Source: Chiloscyllium plagiosum
Taxonomy: Eukaryota
Length of the DNA stretch: 64,000 nucleotides
Assembly (NCBI RefSeq): GCF_004010195.1
Contig: NC_057718.1
Span: 35,187,777 to 35,251,776 of the forward strand
Direction of reading: 5' to 3'
Positions 52,256 to 64,000 of this stretch are shown here, piece by piece. The first letter of the stretch is position 1. Every line of letters begins with the position of its first letter. The notes beneath the pieces are model-generated. The model was given only the letters and a program-made list of their open reading frames with translations. It searched no databases and was not told the origin of the DNA. The translations under genes were made by a program, and so were the position numbers.

Positions 52256-53555
52256 GTTGAAAAATGTGGTGCTGGAAAAACACAGCAGGCTCGGCAGCAT
52301 CTGAGGAGCAGGAGAATTGACGTTTCGAGCATAAGCCCTTCTTCAGGAATGTGGCTGGTGTGCCAAGCGGGCTGAGATAAAAGGTAGGGGGGAGGGAATT
52401 TTGGGGAGGGGCGCTGGGAATAAGATAGGTGGAAGGAGGTGACGGTGAGGGTGGTGTGGGGCAGTGTGTGCGAGTGTGGTGGAGTGAGTGGGGGTGAGCG
52501 TGACGGTGGGAGAGGTGTGGGGCAGTATGTGTGATGGNNNNNNNNNNNNNNNNNNNNNNNNNNNNNNNNNNNNNNNNNNNNNNNNNNNNNNNNNNNNNNN
52601 NNNNNNNNNNNNNNNNNNNNNNNNNNNNNNNNNNNNNNNNNNNNNNNNNNNNNNNNNNNNNNNNNNNNNNNNNNNNNNNNNNNNNNNNNNNNNNNNNNNN
52701 NNNNNNNNNNNNNNNNNNNNNNNNNNNNNNNNNNNNNNNNNNNNNNNNNNNNNNNNNNNNNNNNNNNNNNNNNNNNNNNNNNNNNNNNNNNNNNNNNNNN
52801 NNNNNNNNNNNNNNNNNNNNNNNNNNNNNNNNNNNNNNNNNNNNNNNNNNNNNNNNNNNNNNNNNNNNNNNNNNNNNNNNNNNNNNNNNNNNNNNNNNNN
52901 NNNNNNNNNNNNNNNNNNNNNNNNNNNNNNNNNNNNNNNNNNNNNNNNNNNNNNNNNNNNNNNNNNNNNNNNNNNNNNNNNNNNNNNNNNNNNNNNNNNN
53001 NNNNNNNNNNNNNNNNNNNNNNNNNNNNNNNNNNNNNNNNNNNNNNNNNNNNNNNNNNNNNNNNNNNNNNNNNNNNNNNNNNNNNNNNNNNNNNNNNNNN
53101 NNNNNNNNNNNNNNNNNNNNNNNNNNNNNNNNNNNNNNNNNNNNNNNNNNNNNNNNNNNNNNNNNNNNNNNNNNNNNNNNNNNNNNNNNNNNNNNNNNNN
53201 NNNNNNNNNNNNNNNNNNNNNNNNNNNNNNNNNNNNNNNNNNNNNNNNNNNNNNNNNNNNNNNNNNNNNNNNNNNNNNNNNNNNNNNNNNNNNNNNNNNN
53301 NNNNNNNNNNNNNNNNNNNNNNNNNNNNNNNNNNNNNNNNNCAGTCATCGATGTAGCGGAGGAAAAGTGGGGGGTGGTGCCAGTGTAGCTGCGAAAGATG
53401 GACTGTTCCACATATCCGATGAAGAGGCAGGCATAGCTGGTGCCCATGTGGGTGCCCATGGCTACTCCTTTGGTTTGGAGGAAGTGGGAGGATTGGAAGG
53501 AGAAGTTGTTAAGAGTGAGGACCAGTCAGTCGAAGAAGGGTGTCAGTGGAAGGGT
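52256..53555 (-). mobile_element. Penelope-like retroelement (RT fragment and pLTR with HHR) spanning an assembly gap
   Basis: GVAMGTHMGTSYACLFIGYVEQ and a frameshifted RYIDD at 53342-53470. HHR core CTGAAGA...GAAACGTC at about 52319-52347. TSD acccaga(g/c)actctgt at 52241-52255 and 53556-53570. Confidence 0.9.
52538..53341. other. Assembly gap (804 N)
   Basis: Run of N. Confidence 1.
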
Positions 53556-53584
53556 ACCCAGACACTCTGTAATCTGTACCAGAT

Positions 53585-54090
53585 TTAAAGTGATGTTGGG
53601 AAAGGATAGGGTAATCCATGTCACAGAACTCATTAGATCTTGGTACACAACTTTCTTCAATGCAAATGTGAAATTCTGACCACAGTAATTATTTCAAAAA
53701 TCAAAGCACTTGATCTCAAAGGAATGCTTATGCAACGTTGGAATGATAGCTGAAGGATAGAGTGCTAAGTATGAGGTATGGGGAGAAAAGCATGGCTCTC
53801 CGATTAGTAAAATCCAGCTAGTGATGACTCCCAGGGATTTGTGTTAGAATGTCTGTTGTTCCCCATATACGTAAATTATTTGGGTGTGTGTAAATGAAAA
53901 AAACAGGAAACTTTGTTTAGGTATTGAGACCAGAGCATGACAATGTGAGTGAGAATGAAAGAGGACAGAGGAAATTTAGGGCTGTGAGCAAACATATGGA
54001 AAAATGCTAGTCAATGTGCAGAAACATGATGTAGCATAACTTGGGGATTAAAAAATACCCATGAAATGTATGCCCTGAGAAGCAGAATCT
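53585..54090 (+). mobile_element. Very old CR1 RT remnant
   Basis: cagggatttgtgttagaatgtctgttgttccccatatacgtaaattatttg reads QGFVLECLLFPIYVNYL, resembling QGSVLGPLLF.IYINDL. Confidence 0.5.
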
Positions 54091-55949
54091 TAACTTTATT
54101 ATCTGCTGGAGTCTCTTCTTTATATTCCATATGGTCTTTTCAACCTCCATTGTTACTTCCCTGATAATATCTTCCATGTTCCTCATGTTATTCCAAATCT
54201 AGTTAAAGCCCTAATTTATTTTATTTTCAGTGTTTTCTTTAATCATAACAACAATTTTTCATCTCACTGAGACATGTCAAAGATGAAATGCATTTTAATG
54301 AATATAGATGCCAGGAAAAGAAGAAAATAAAGTCTGTAGCAAACAGGAGATGTTCAATTAGATAGGTAATGATGATGTAAGACAGGTAATACTGGGAAAA
54401 TAAGAGAAACCAAAAAGGGAATAAAAACCAAAAATGTTGCCATTTATCAACAGTTCAGGCAGGATCCATGGATCTTGACATTCCAGGTTAGTGGCCCTGA
54501 TTCAGAAATTGAAGACTGCAGAGATTTACATTTTTAACTCTGTCAGAGAAAAGAGCGAAACTTCTTTAAGGTTGGAATTTCTAGAAGAAAATTGACAGCA
54601 AATTAACCAATTACGCAAACGCAAAATATTGTGGATATTAAAAATCTGTATTAAGCAGCACAAATGGTGGAAAAGTGTAGCCTGTCAGACAACACCTTGG
54701 GAGGGAAAAGTTAATGGGCTTGATTAAACACAGACAGCAGGGGTCCTGTCATTGGGCCGAAAGCATGAGAAGCATCCCTTCTTCAGAAGTCAGTGGTGTT
54801 CTCTAAGATATTGGTTCTGAAGGGGTTAATGTTCATGTTACCTTAACTCTACCCTTTCTACTGATGTCACACAGTCTGTGGAAGGAGACAAGGGATCAGA
54901 TGTCCCTGTACCAGCTTGCTACAGTTTGGTAATTATGCTTTGCTAAGTAAAGTTGTACTTGTGACCATGCAATAAGCCATATTTTTAAGTGCTTCCTCCA
55001 TAGATACCCTATGATGGTGTATCCTATACCACTGATCACTGAAATGCCTAAGGTAAAGACAAAGGAGGGTTGGTGTCACCAAGCAACTTTAAGCAACCCT
55101 TATTTAGTAGCACATACTAGTAGAGGTGACAAATACTACATTTGATCTACCAGGAATAATCATTTGGGAAAATACATAGGCATATCTTGTCAGTGCCACT
55201 CAACAAATTGATAGTTGCCTGCCCTAAAGAGTTGTCAGACAATCAGAAAGCCTGATGCTTGGCAGCGCAAGATGGGGTAGTGGCCATTGCTACAACAGGC
55301 TAACAGCTGACAAAAGAGAACAAGGCCCATTTTTGTACCCTTGAGTTACTCTGCGCCAGACAGTCATTCACTCCTATCCCTGCCAATGGCAAGAAGGAAT
55401 GTGTATCAGAAGATCTTTAATCCGGACAATAAAAAGCTTGAGATGTAACCAGTTTCAATCTGGGTTCATGCCCAAAGGAGATGTAAATGACCACAGTAGG
55501 ACAGCAGAGTAGTAAGTAAGCATTGAAAATCTGGGAAAATGGAGAGACTGTCTCTCAATTAGGAATATAGTGGAAGAAAACCAGGTATGTCCCAATGGCA
55601 CAGACCATCCTGTCAACTATAAAATATTCCCATGCCAAACAACAGCACAGACTTCCCAGAAGCCAATAATAACCATGTGCATATTCTACAAAACTAGCTC
55701 CTGCTGTGAGAGACAAAATGGGAGTGTTGGTTGTTGCTAGAAATGATTAATGCCAATGTTAATCCCAAAATGCTGTACCATGTTTAGTGGAAAGATGTGG
55801 TGTCGTTTCTTGATCTGGTATTAAGCTTCATTGGAATAATACTGGCAAGGATAGAGAGGGTCAGCAGTGCATAAATATACCATATCTCATCCAAGATGCC
55901 AGTGTACCACTGTACTGGTTCTTTGATCAACCTATCAGAGTATAGTGTA

Positions 55950-57080
55950 AAATCAGGCCATTTAGTATGTTTGGCATTTAATTAGATCATGAGGTTGATC
56001 TATTCACTTTTGAATCTGAAGTCCTTAATATTCTTGCCTAACAGAAGGCTATCGTTCTCAGTTGTGAAATATTTAATTGAGTCAGCAACTGTTTGGGAAG
56101 AAGAGAGTTCCAGATTTCCACTACTCTTCGTATGAAGATGAGCTTTCCAACATCATCCTTGAATGACCCAGTTCTAGTTTTAAAGTTATGCCTTCTTGTT
56201 TCATGCAGAAAATGTTTTCTACATTTATTCAATCAAATCCTGTTGGGGAGGTGGTGCCGAAGTGGTAATGTCACTGGATTGGTAATGCAGATTCCCAGGT
56301 TAATGGTCTGGAGACATGGTTTTGAACCTCCCATGGCAGATGGCGAAATTTGAATGGTGACCATGTAACCATTTGTCAATTATTGTAAAAACTCATTTGA
56401 TTCACAAATGTCCTTTAGGGGAGGAAATGTGTCATCCTTGCCAGATCTTGCCTAAACATGACTCCAGACCAAGGCAATATGTTTGACTCTAACTGTTCTC
56501 TGGGCACTTAGGAATGGGTAATAAACACTGGCCCACATCATGCGTGCTAATAAGAAAAGTCCTTTTGTTCATCTTGGTCACCTCAATTAGATCACCTTTT
56601 ATGTTCAATGGAATATAATGCAAGACATCCTCAAAACTTGAGTTTTTTATTCAACACTTGATTCAGTGCTGGGGTACTTTAAGTGTCAATATATTCTTCC
56701 TGAGCTGCAGTGTCCCGGTCTGAACAGGACAACAGATTTCGTTGCACAACGGTTTAAGATAAATATAAAATCTTTATAGTTGAGCCCAAGGAGAGGTCAT
56801 GACTAACATATCTTTAGCTTTTTAAATTACTCTTTATAGCTGTCCAATGGCTGTGAGTGATTTCTCAAACCTCTCTACTTTTTCACTTGTCACTGTTCCC
56901 AGCTTCTCACTAATTAGAAAAAAGCTCTGATCTGTCTTTCACTTTTGTCCACTTTTATTTATGTTGGATGCCTTCAAACATTTCCAAGTTTTAAACTCCA
57001 TTTGCTACAATTTTCTTCACTCACTTAATTTATCAACGTTTTACAACTTTTGACTCCAATTTGCACAATTTACACTGTCA
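55950..57080 (-). mobile_element. Old CR1 3' remnant
   Basis: TRRHNFK...RRVVEIWNSL in ORF 56038-56232, with further decayed ORF2 sequence to about 57080. Confidence 0.7.
56245..56558 (+). mobile_element. SacSINE-like tRNA SINE nested in CR1
   Basis: Colinear with 4151-4471 from the ggggaggtg start to the aataaacactggc tail. Confidence 0.8.
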
Positions 57081-58538
57081 TCTAACTTAATTAGTTATCT
57101 TAAATAAACAGCTCTATATTCTTTCGCTCAGACATTGATAAAGTAAAAGGAAAATTTGAAGCAGCGGTAGAGATTCCTAAGGGATAGCTTTGACTTGAAT
57201 CCATAACATTGTCATTCAGGGTCAGAGCAATATAATGCACACGTTGCTTGGTCTTTGAGTTATTTTGACTGTTCACCTCGTATTTGCCTTGCACCAGAGC
57301 TACAATCTTAATTATGACTATAAGAGAGTGAGCAGGGCTGACATTAGTTATAGGCTCTCATGACTGTACTAACATGACACCTGGGAATTTCAATTGCTGA
57401 AGCACATCTAAATTCTGCAAGGTAAGTCCAAGTCCTACCTGGTGCTGAGGTAGGGTGCTTGGGAGTGGAATTTCGGGCAAGGATGAAGATGAAAGCCAAG
57501 GACCGGGAGAACAGTCATGAATAGTACTAAATTGTTAACTTCTAGCATGAAGGAAATGGAGAAAAAAAATGTTCTTTCTTTTCTCTTGAAAATCCTGTTC
57601 TAGTATTAAATTCATCTTCTGTCAGTTTTTTTTCAGGCAGCAAGAATAAGGATTAAATATACATTTTGGAGCTAATGATGCCTTTGCCCCACAAAATTTG
57701 GGGAATTCTCAAAATCACTCAAAACCAAAGAATTAAAATATTAGCCCACGCAGCAGCACAGACCAGGATTTAAGTACCTGGGGCAGAATATTTAAACAAA
57801 AGGGCATCGAGAGTGCTCAGGGCAATGTAGCATTCTTGCAGCATTCCCCAACTGAGATTGTCATCCACAGACCAGGGAGTAAATCTGAGCATGGAGTCTG
57901 AACAACTCAGTATTTTAATCCATTAAATCGTCAGAGAAACTGATTCGGTGCAGACATTTTCCATGTGTTAAAATGTCCCAGCAAGATAAATCTTGCCTTG
58001 TCAGCAAACCTATCTCTATGTATTTCATTTTACTGTAATGTATATAAAAAGAAAGAGATTGAATATCCCACCAAAAGCTCTTTTCCTCTCTGTAATAACA
58101 TGTTTCACTGTGCACTCCACCCTTATTGTAATGTGGTAGTTGAGTAGGCAAGCACTTAATAGGGTATATCAAAGTCCATCCAACAGTGACCATCCCATTA
58201 AATTAAATTTAATCTGAGGGCACATGAGTTGTGGTCAATAACCTTATAAACCACAAATTCTTCAGTGTATTGTACAATGAAGTAATAAGTTAGAGAAAAG
58301 TGACCGAGCAAGCTAATGATTAACTGTCCTGAAGTCACCCCGACAGGCTGTTTTTAACATTAGTGTTGTGATTTTTACTTCATTATTCGGAGTCTCAAAA
58401 AATCAGAGATTAATGCACTGTTCGACATGATGGCGCCCATCCTCCTCAATGACATTGTCACCTGAGCCCATTTATAAGCTCATAATTACTTGCTGAAAGC
58501 AACTGAAAGAGAACACATGGCCTTTAACTGGCTTTCAT

Positions 58539-58574
58539 GAGAGAGGGAGAGAGAGAGAAAGAGAGAGAGCGAGA
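58539..58574 (+). repeat. Imperfect (GA)n microsatellite
   Basis: gagagagggagagagagagaaagagagagagcgaga. Confidence 0.85.
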
Positions 58575-59535
58575 CACAAACAACTACATTGGATCTGATT
58601 TTACTGTTGGAAGATGCTATTGGCTTTCCACCAGTGGAAAATAGTTACTACCACAGCTGCAGCTATTTTGTTGTGTTGATGATAGGCCCATTATTTTATA
58701 TTAAAATATTTCAGCTGCGTAAAGGGAAGAAAGGCCCAGTGGGAAGTGTGGGCTGGATGTAAAACTCCATTTTCTAAAAAACATCAGCTTCAGTTTCCAT
58801 AAAAATAGAAGATTAGAGTCTTGGCCCAATAAAAATACATCCATAGGAGGAAGCATATTTAAACAAAAAAGCTGTTTTAATTAAAAATTCGAGTGAATGC
58901 AGTTCTTGGTTGTTAAATAATAGACTGACTGAGTTATATGTTGGTCAAAATAGGTTCAAGGACTCATTTCTAGCACCTCTTCATTATTTACTTCAACCAT
59001 GTAATTACTGCCAATGCATCATGTCAGGAGTAAAAGAGAGAAATAACATTAATTAGCATAATGTTGATTTTTTAAAATGTAGGGCACATTTTGTTTTTGT
59101 GCAAATCAGGAATATCAGGTATTGTGGAACAGAATATTTTTTAAAAATTCTAATATTTGATGTCAACACCAAGAACTGCCTTATTAAGCACATGAGATAG
59201 ACAGTTAGATTTTCTGAACTTGTATCAATGTAACTTAGCAGCATTATGAACTAATATTAAGTTTTCTTTAGCTAACTGCAGGTTTAAGTTTGGTGGAGTG
59301 ATTCATGCCGTGAGTCTGCATGTTCACTGCTCTTGTTGTCCCTCTGACATGCACAACCTCTGATTTCCAATCCAGCTCACTAAGTGCAATTCCTGACACA
59401 ACTTGCCCCTCCCCAGATATCTACCCTGTGACCAGCATCCCTTGTATCCATGCCATTTTTGGAGGCCGCTGTGCACGCTGGAGGAGTGCTGGCATCTGGC
59501 AGATGCACTGCTTATTCCTTGGGTTCTGAGGAGAG

Positions 59536-59670
59536 ATGGCTGAGAAGGGGAAGTTGGCATTGTGGTTCTCCACCAGGGATGTGGAGGTACTGGTCAATAG
59601 GCTGGTGCAGAGGAGGGACAGTCTCTTCCCAGAGGCTCTGCCGTACCAGCCTGGCCAGACATTGCCACCT
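59536..59670 (+). pseudogene. Truncated Myb/SANT-like (trihelix) DNA-binding domain N-terminus, probably PIF/Harbinger-derived
   Basis: MAEKGKLALWFSTRDVEVLVNRLVQRRDSLFP resembles the NAIF1/Harbinger pattern K+..xFS..E.E.LV..V..R...LF. Only the first helix region is present. Confidence 0.6.
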
Positions 59671-59869
59671 CGAAGAATTTATGCCCCAGATTGGGTTCTC
59701 ATTGAAATGGAAGTTAATTGCATGGAGTAGAAATTTGCCTGAGCAGCAGTATGAAATGGGCACTATCATCTTGGCTGTTTGCCCCACTCAATAGTCAATT
59801 CCATTGGCTACATAGAGGAGCACGATTTATGGTTTTAGCAAAGTGATGGATATTAATGAGAGTCTTAAA

Positions 59870-60160
59870 GCAATAGAGAAAGGTGGAGAGGTTTCTGCAG
59901 GGAACCCAGGTTGTGGTGCTCAGAATGGTTAAAGGCTGTCACTGGTGGGTTAGATGATGCACAAGAGTTCAGGGTTGGTTGAAATCTTGGTGGGTTACAG
60001 GGCTGAAAGCGGTAACTGAGATAAAAAGTTAAAGTAGATTGAGGGATATTGAATTGTGTGGTTGAAATTTTAACTGATATTACCTTTAGGTTTGTCAGCT
60101 CCTGTAGATCAGTGAGCTCAGCAGTGCAGGGTGAACAGGACTGGTGCACAGATTTGGATA
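59870..60160 (-). mobile_element. L2-type 3' remnant
   Basis: Minus strand PPRFQPTLNS...AFN...GSLQKPLHLS...ctttaagactct, similar to 31980-32175. Confidence 0.5.
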
Positions 60161-61549
60161 ACTGTAACATATCGTGAAAATAATTAGTGCTTTTAGAAGA
60201 ACAGAGAAGTAAGCTTAAGTATGGATAATTATCTATGGTGTCCTGTAATGGTTATTTTGTTTTGTAAGGATACTAGGTTGGTGTGATATTTTATTACTGG
60301 ATTTGGCAAAGAATCAATGGTATTTGTGTTAGGTCTGAGCTAAATATGAAGACATCAGGCCCATAGGCTCATTTACAATGCAGAACATGTAACATGACCA
60401 GTATAACTGAATCATTCACTTAGTTGTAGTAGCTTACACAGCTGAAAACCTACCAACCCAGACAGCCACAGAAATACGAACAATGGTGAAGTATGTTTTG
60501 GTTACCAGCATGTATGGGAACTGACCACCAGAAAGGGACAGGGAGAGGGAAAAATGATATGGTATGTTGGGATAAGCTCCTTTGAGGCTGAGATGCAGGC
60601 ATTTTGTTGAGAAAGTAAAGGCAACTTGACTCTGTGTCTAGTCTGATCTGGAATGCTTAGAATAGATTAATAATTGAAAAGCTGTTCAAATCTGATCAAA
60701 ACACAACTCACAAAACAAGAAAAAAAATCCTTGACTGAAGAATGTGGGATGAGGAAAGGGTGAGGAAGGTGGCCTGAAGTTTTTGGTTCACCTGACCACG
60801 ATTCTGCAGTATGATGCCTGTTAGTATTTGCTATAAATTGCTGGGTAATCCAGAACAAGGCGCACAATATAATAAGTACTGGTCCACACCGTGTTAGTCA
60901 GATTGTCGACCTTTAAAAAGTTAGTTCTCACTGCAGCAAATAAACAAATGAATGTCGCCATACAAGTTGTTTCAATCCATCAGTGCCTGTCTGTCGAGAT
61001 AAATGGTGTTATCATGCCTCTTTCATATAGATTGTAGAACTGCTGGCATATCCTTGAGCTATTCAATGAGATGTGATTTGTTTGAATTTCTTTTCAAAAC
61101 ACTTAACCTGACATTTCTAGCCTCACCTTGCCCTACCTTAGGGCAATGCAAGCTAAATTTATTAAGTGTGCATGTGGGAATGAAGTGAAGCTGAAACATT
61201 CTGCCACTCCCCTCCATAAAAGAAAGATAATGATTTCACCTGAGGCAATGGTACAGGTTGCATCATGTTCCTAATCTTGACAGGAGAAATCTGAGCTGGC
61301 ATACGTGCCTTCAAATGGTGCATGTCAATGATGTGTTGTCAGACAGCCCAACCCGTCAGACAAGCTCATTGAGGATAAAAAAACACTGAATTTCAGTGAG
61401 TTCATTAACTCTCTGTTCGCCAGTTATGCAGGAATGCACTGCATCACTTGTGGCCTCCTGAGAAAGGCTCTTCTAATCTCCTAACACAGAGCTACCCGGT
61501 GTGGTATGGAGATAGACAAGCTGAAAATTTACTTCAGCCCTTGATGTTG

Positions 61550-62085
61550 TGCTGGCCTTTTATTCTACTCTAAGATCAAACTAACCTACATACACTTCAT
61601 TTTACTATCATCCATGTGCTTATCCAGGAGTCTCTTAAATGTCCCTAATGTATCTGACTCTACTACCACCACTGGCACTGCATTCCACGCACCCACCACT
61701 CTCTAAGTAAAGAATGACTTGTTGGGCCAAAGGGCCTGTTTCCACACTGTGTAAGTAATCTAATCTAATCTAATCTAATCTAAAAAAACTGACCTCGGAC
61801 ATCTCCCCTAAACCTTCCTCCAATCACCTTAAAATTATTCCCCCTTGTGAGATCCATTTCTGTCCTGGGAAAAAGTCTCTGACTATTCACTCTATTTATT
61901 CCTCTCATCATCTTGTACACCTCTATCAAGTCACCTCTTACCCTTCTTCGCTCCAAGAAGAAAAGCCATAGCTCCCTCAAACTTTCTTCATAAAACATGC
62001 CCTCAAGTCCAGGCAGCCTCCTGGTAAATCTCCTCTCTAAAGTATCCACATCCTTCCTATAATGAGGCAACCAGAATTTCCAAAC
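61550..62085 (-). mobile_element. CR1 3' fragment
   Basis: FWLPHYRKDV...LERRRVRGDLIEVYKMMRG. Confidence 0.92.
61716..61783 (+). mobile_element. HE1 SINE 3' tail with (TAATC)5, nested in CR1
   Basis: gacttgttgggccaaagggcctgtttccacactgt followed by (taatc)n; reverse complement of 23035-23083. Confidence 0.85.
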
Positions 62086-64000
62086 ACAACTTCCCAAGTT
62101 CAATTCCTGGCCTGTGTTGAATAAGCTGAACCCTCCCAAGCCTGGGTACCCCATGCAATAAAGGGAGGACATACTCAGCCCATTTTCTCTAACCACTATT
62201 AGGTGACCCGAAGTACATCTGTGGATATCATTTGAGGGAAAAGCCAGGTATAGCTACCTTGCTCGAGCTAACACATACCACTTTGACACTCACTCTTGAT
62301 CTCTAAAATGAAGCATGATTAAATTAGTGAAGTAATCAGAATGACTGCTGATGTTTGAGGAGTTATTAGAACCACAGAAAGTTACAGCACAAAAATAATT
62401 GTACCTCTGAATGAGAATGAATTACACTGGAAACTCCCTCAGTGTATCACCTGCTCCTATCACCATGCATTTATGCTGAAATTCAACATGGCATTGGAGG
62501 GGGAGAAACTCCCAGGAAATTCCAAGCAATTATAGTTTCAGGCCAGTAGGGCTGAGAATTGGAGAATATAGCAATATCTTTCCTGGATGTCCAGATGCTA
62601 CTTGTGACTTCCTTTCACCATCCATTAGCATTGGAAACTGAAGGTCCTTGAAGATCAGAAGCATGATGTAAAATCTTGTCTAAATTTGTGTGCTACAGCT
62701 CAGCTACAAAAGAGGCAGGTGTTCATTTATGAGAATCAAAATACTGCTGATTGTTTTCAATTTCAGTGATTTTATTTGCTGATATTACAAGCAGCTGCAC
62801 TCGGTGGTATGGGCTAAGGAGTGAGCTTGAGAGCTACGGGGTGAAGCAGTTTCTGAAACTTGCCGATTTCTGCTGATGCTTGCATATGTGAAAGAACCAG
62901 GTTGAGCAACTAGATGGAAATTACAATTGTACCCAGAAATAACCCATACAGGTGAATTAACCTTGCAAATAACAGGAGTTACAGCACAGTTCTGCCAGCA
63001 TACTTAGCCATGGAGTGCTTCGAGGTGTGGATGTGAGCTTTGGATTTATTATAGAGCAAGTTTCCTCAACTTCTGCCATGTTGTGCTGAGGAACAGGCAA
63101 ATATAAGATAGCTGCTTTTGCAATGTCCATCCCTACAAAGGCAGTAGGAGTTGGCTATGGGTGACTCTTTGGCCTACTTCTGCAGCACTGAGCTAGAAAA
63201 TTAGTATTGCAGAGCCGCTGCCAGGTAATTGAGAAAGGAGCAAAAGAAGGGGATATTTTGTGGAAACAAACCTGGTAGTTAAGCATTGCTGCCATTTTTT
63301 AATGAAAAAAAGGCAGTATTGGCTGCCTGTTTAAAATATCAGGCAAAACATCTCCCTGACAGTAATGTCAAGGTAAAAAGTTAATTGCAGCAGTTACTAA
63401 CAACTATTGCCAGAAGGATAGAGGCTGATAGGTTATGTGGGAGTTGCTATGTTTATCTGAGCAGTGTTTGGAATGTGTATTGAAAGCCCTAGAACAAAAT
63501 TAATCTCATCCACTGTATTTCATCTGAAACGTCTTTTTAAATATCCCTTTACAAGTATATGAGATGGAAAATTCCATTCAGTTACCAGCCTCGGGCAAGT
63601 AACTTTCTAGTTTTGATGCTCAAAAACAAACCACTTCATTGGTGAGAAAGTACTCCCCCTCATCACCACACCACACCCCCCTCCCCACCCCAGCCCCATC
63701 TGTGTCTGCTCTTTGGCCTCATGTGATCTGTTCAGGCCTGTTTCTGGTTTTCCTCAACAATTAACACTTTTTTTTTCTTTTGCAAGTTTATTTTATTGCT
63801 TGAAATGATTGGTTTCCAGTAGTTAAAGTTCAGGTTTTGGTTTTTGATGAGTGAGAAGTTAATTTAAACATCTTCAAAATGAAAACAAACATTTAAGCTC
63901 ACTAAACCTCCATAAATGTTTCTGGAGAAATACTTTGTTGTATGCACAGAGGGAGCAAATATTTCTCCTATGATGCTGATGTGTTTTTTTTTCTGCAGTC

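Noticed and set aside
3359..52350. Recurring family A repeat as a CRISPR-like array
   Set aside because: Copies are dispersed, in both orientations and TSD-flanked, with no regular spacers or cas genes, in a eukaryotic context.
52218..53588. Long ORFs of 285-413 aa
   Set aside because: Artefacts of translating through the N gap; only the PLE RT piece is real.
1..64000. Remaining short ORFs of 60-170 aa
   Set aside because: No recognisable domains, many use non-ATG starts, and they are expected by chance or are antisense to repeats.

Overview
This is AT-rich, CpG-depleted, repeat-dense vertebrate DNA. HE1-type V-SINEs, SacSINE-like SINEs and their partner LINEs point to a cartilaginous fish, probably a shark (inference). 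I found no host protein-coding exon I can recognise, so the window is probably a large intron or a gene desert. It holds many decayed CR1, L2-group and Rex/Babar LINE fragments, tRNA-derived SINEs, a Myb/SANT-like Harbinger-type fragment and one 804-N assembly gap. The most distinctive signal is a dense set of Penelope-like element (PLE) products from at least three sequence families: short inserts, many flanked by 10-15 bp target-site duplications (TSDs) and several folded into near-perfect palindromes with a 33-37 nt unpaired tail. Most carry minimal hammerhead-ribozyme (HHR) cores, and their breakpoints cluster at that core. Several repeat-free, homeodomain-motif-rich blocks that retain CpGs look like conserved non-coding elements, which cannot be verified without alignment. 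Family names are from recall and boundaries of old repeats are approximate.
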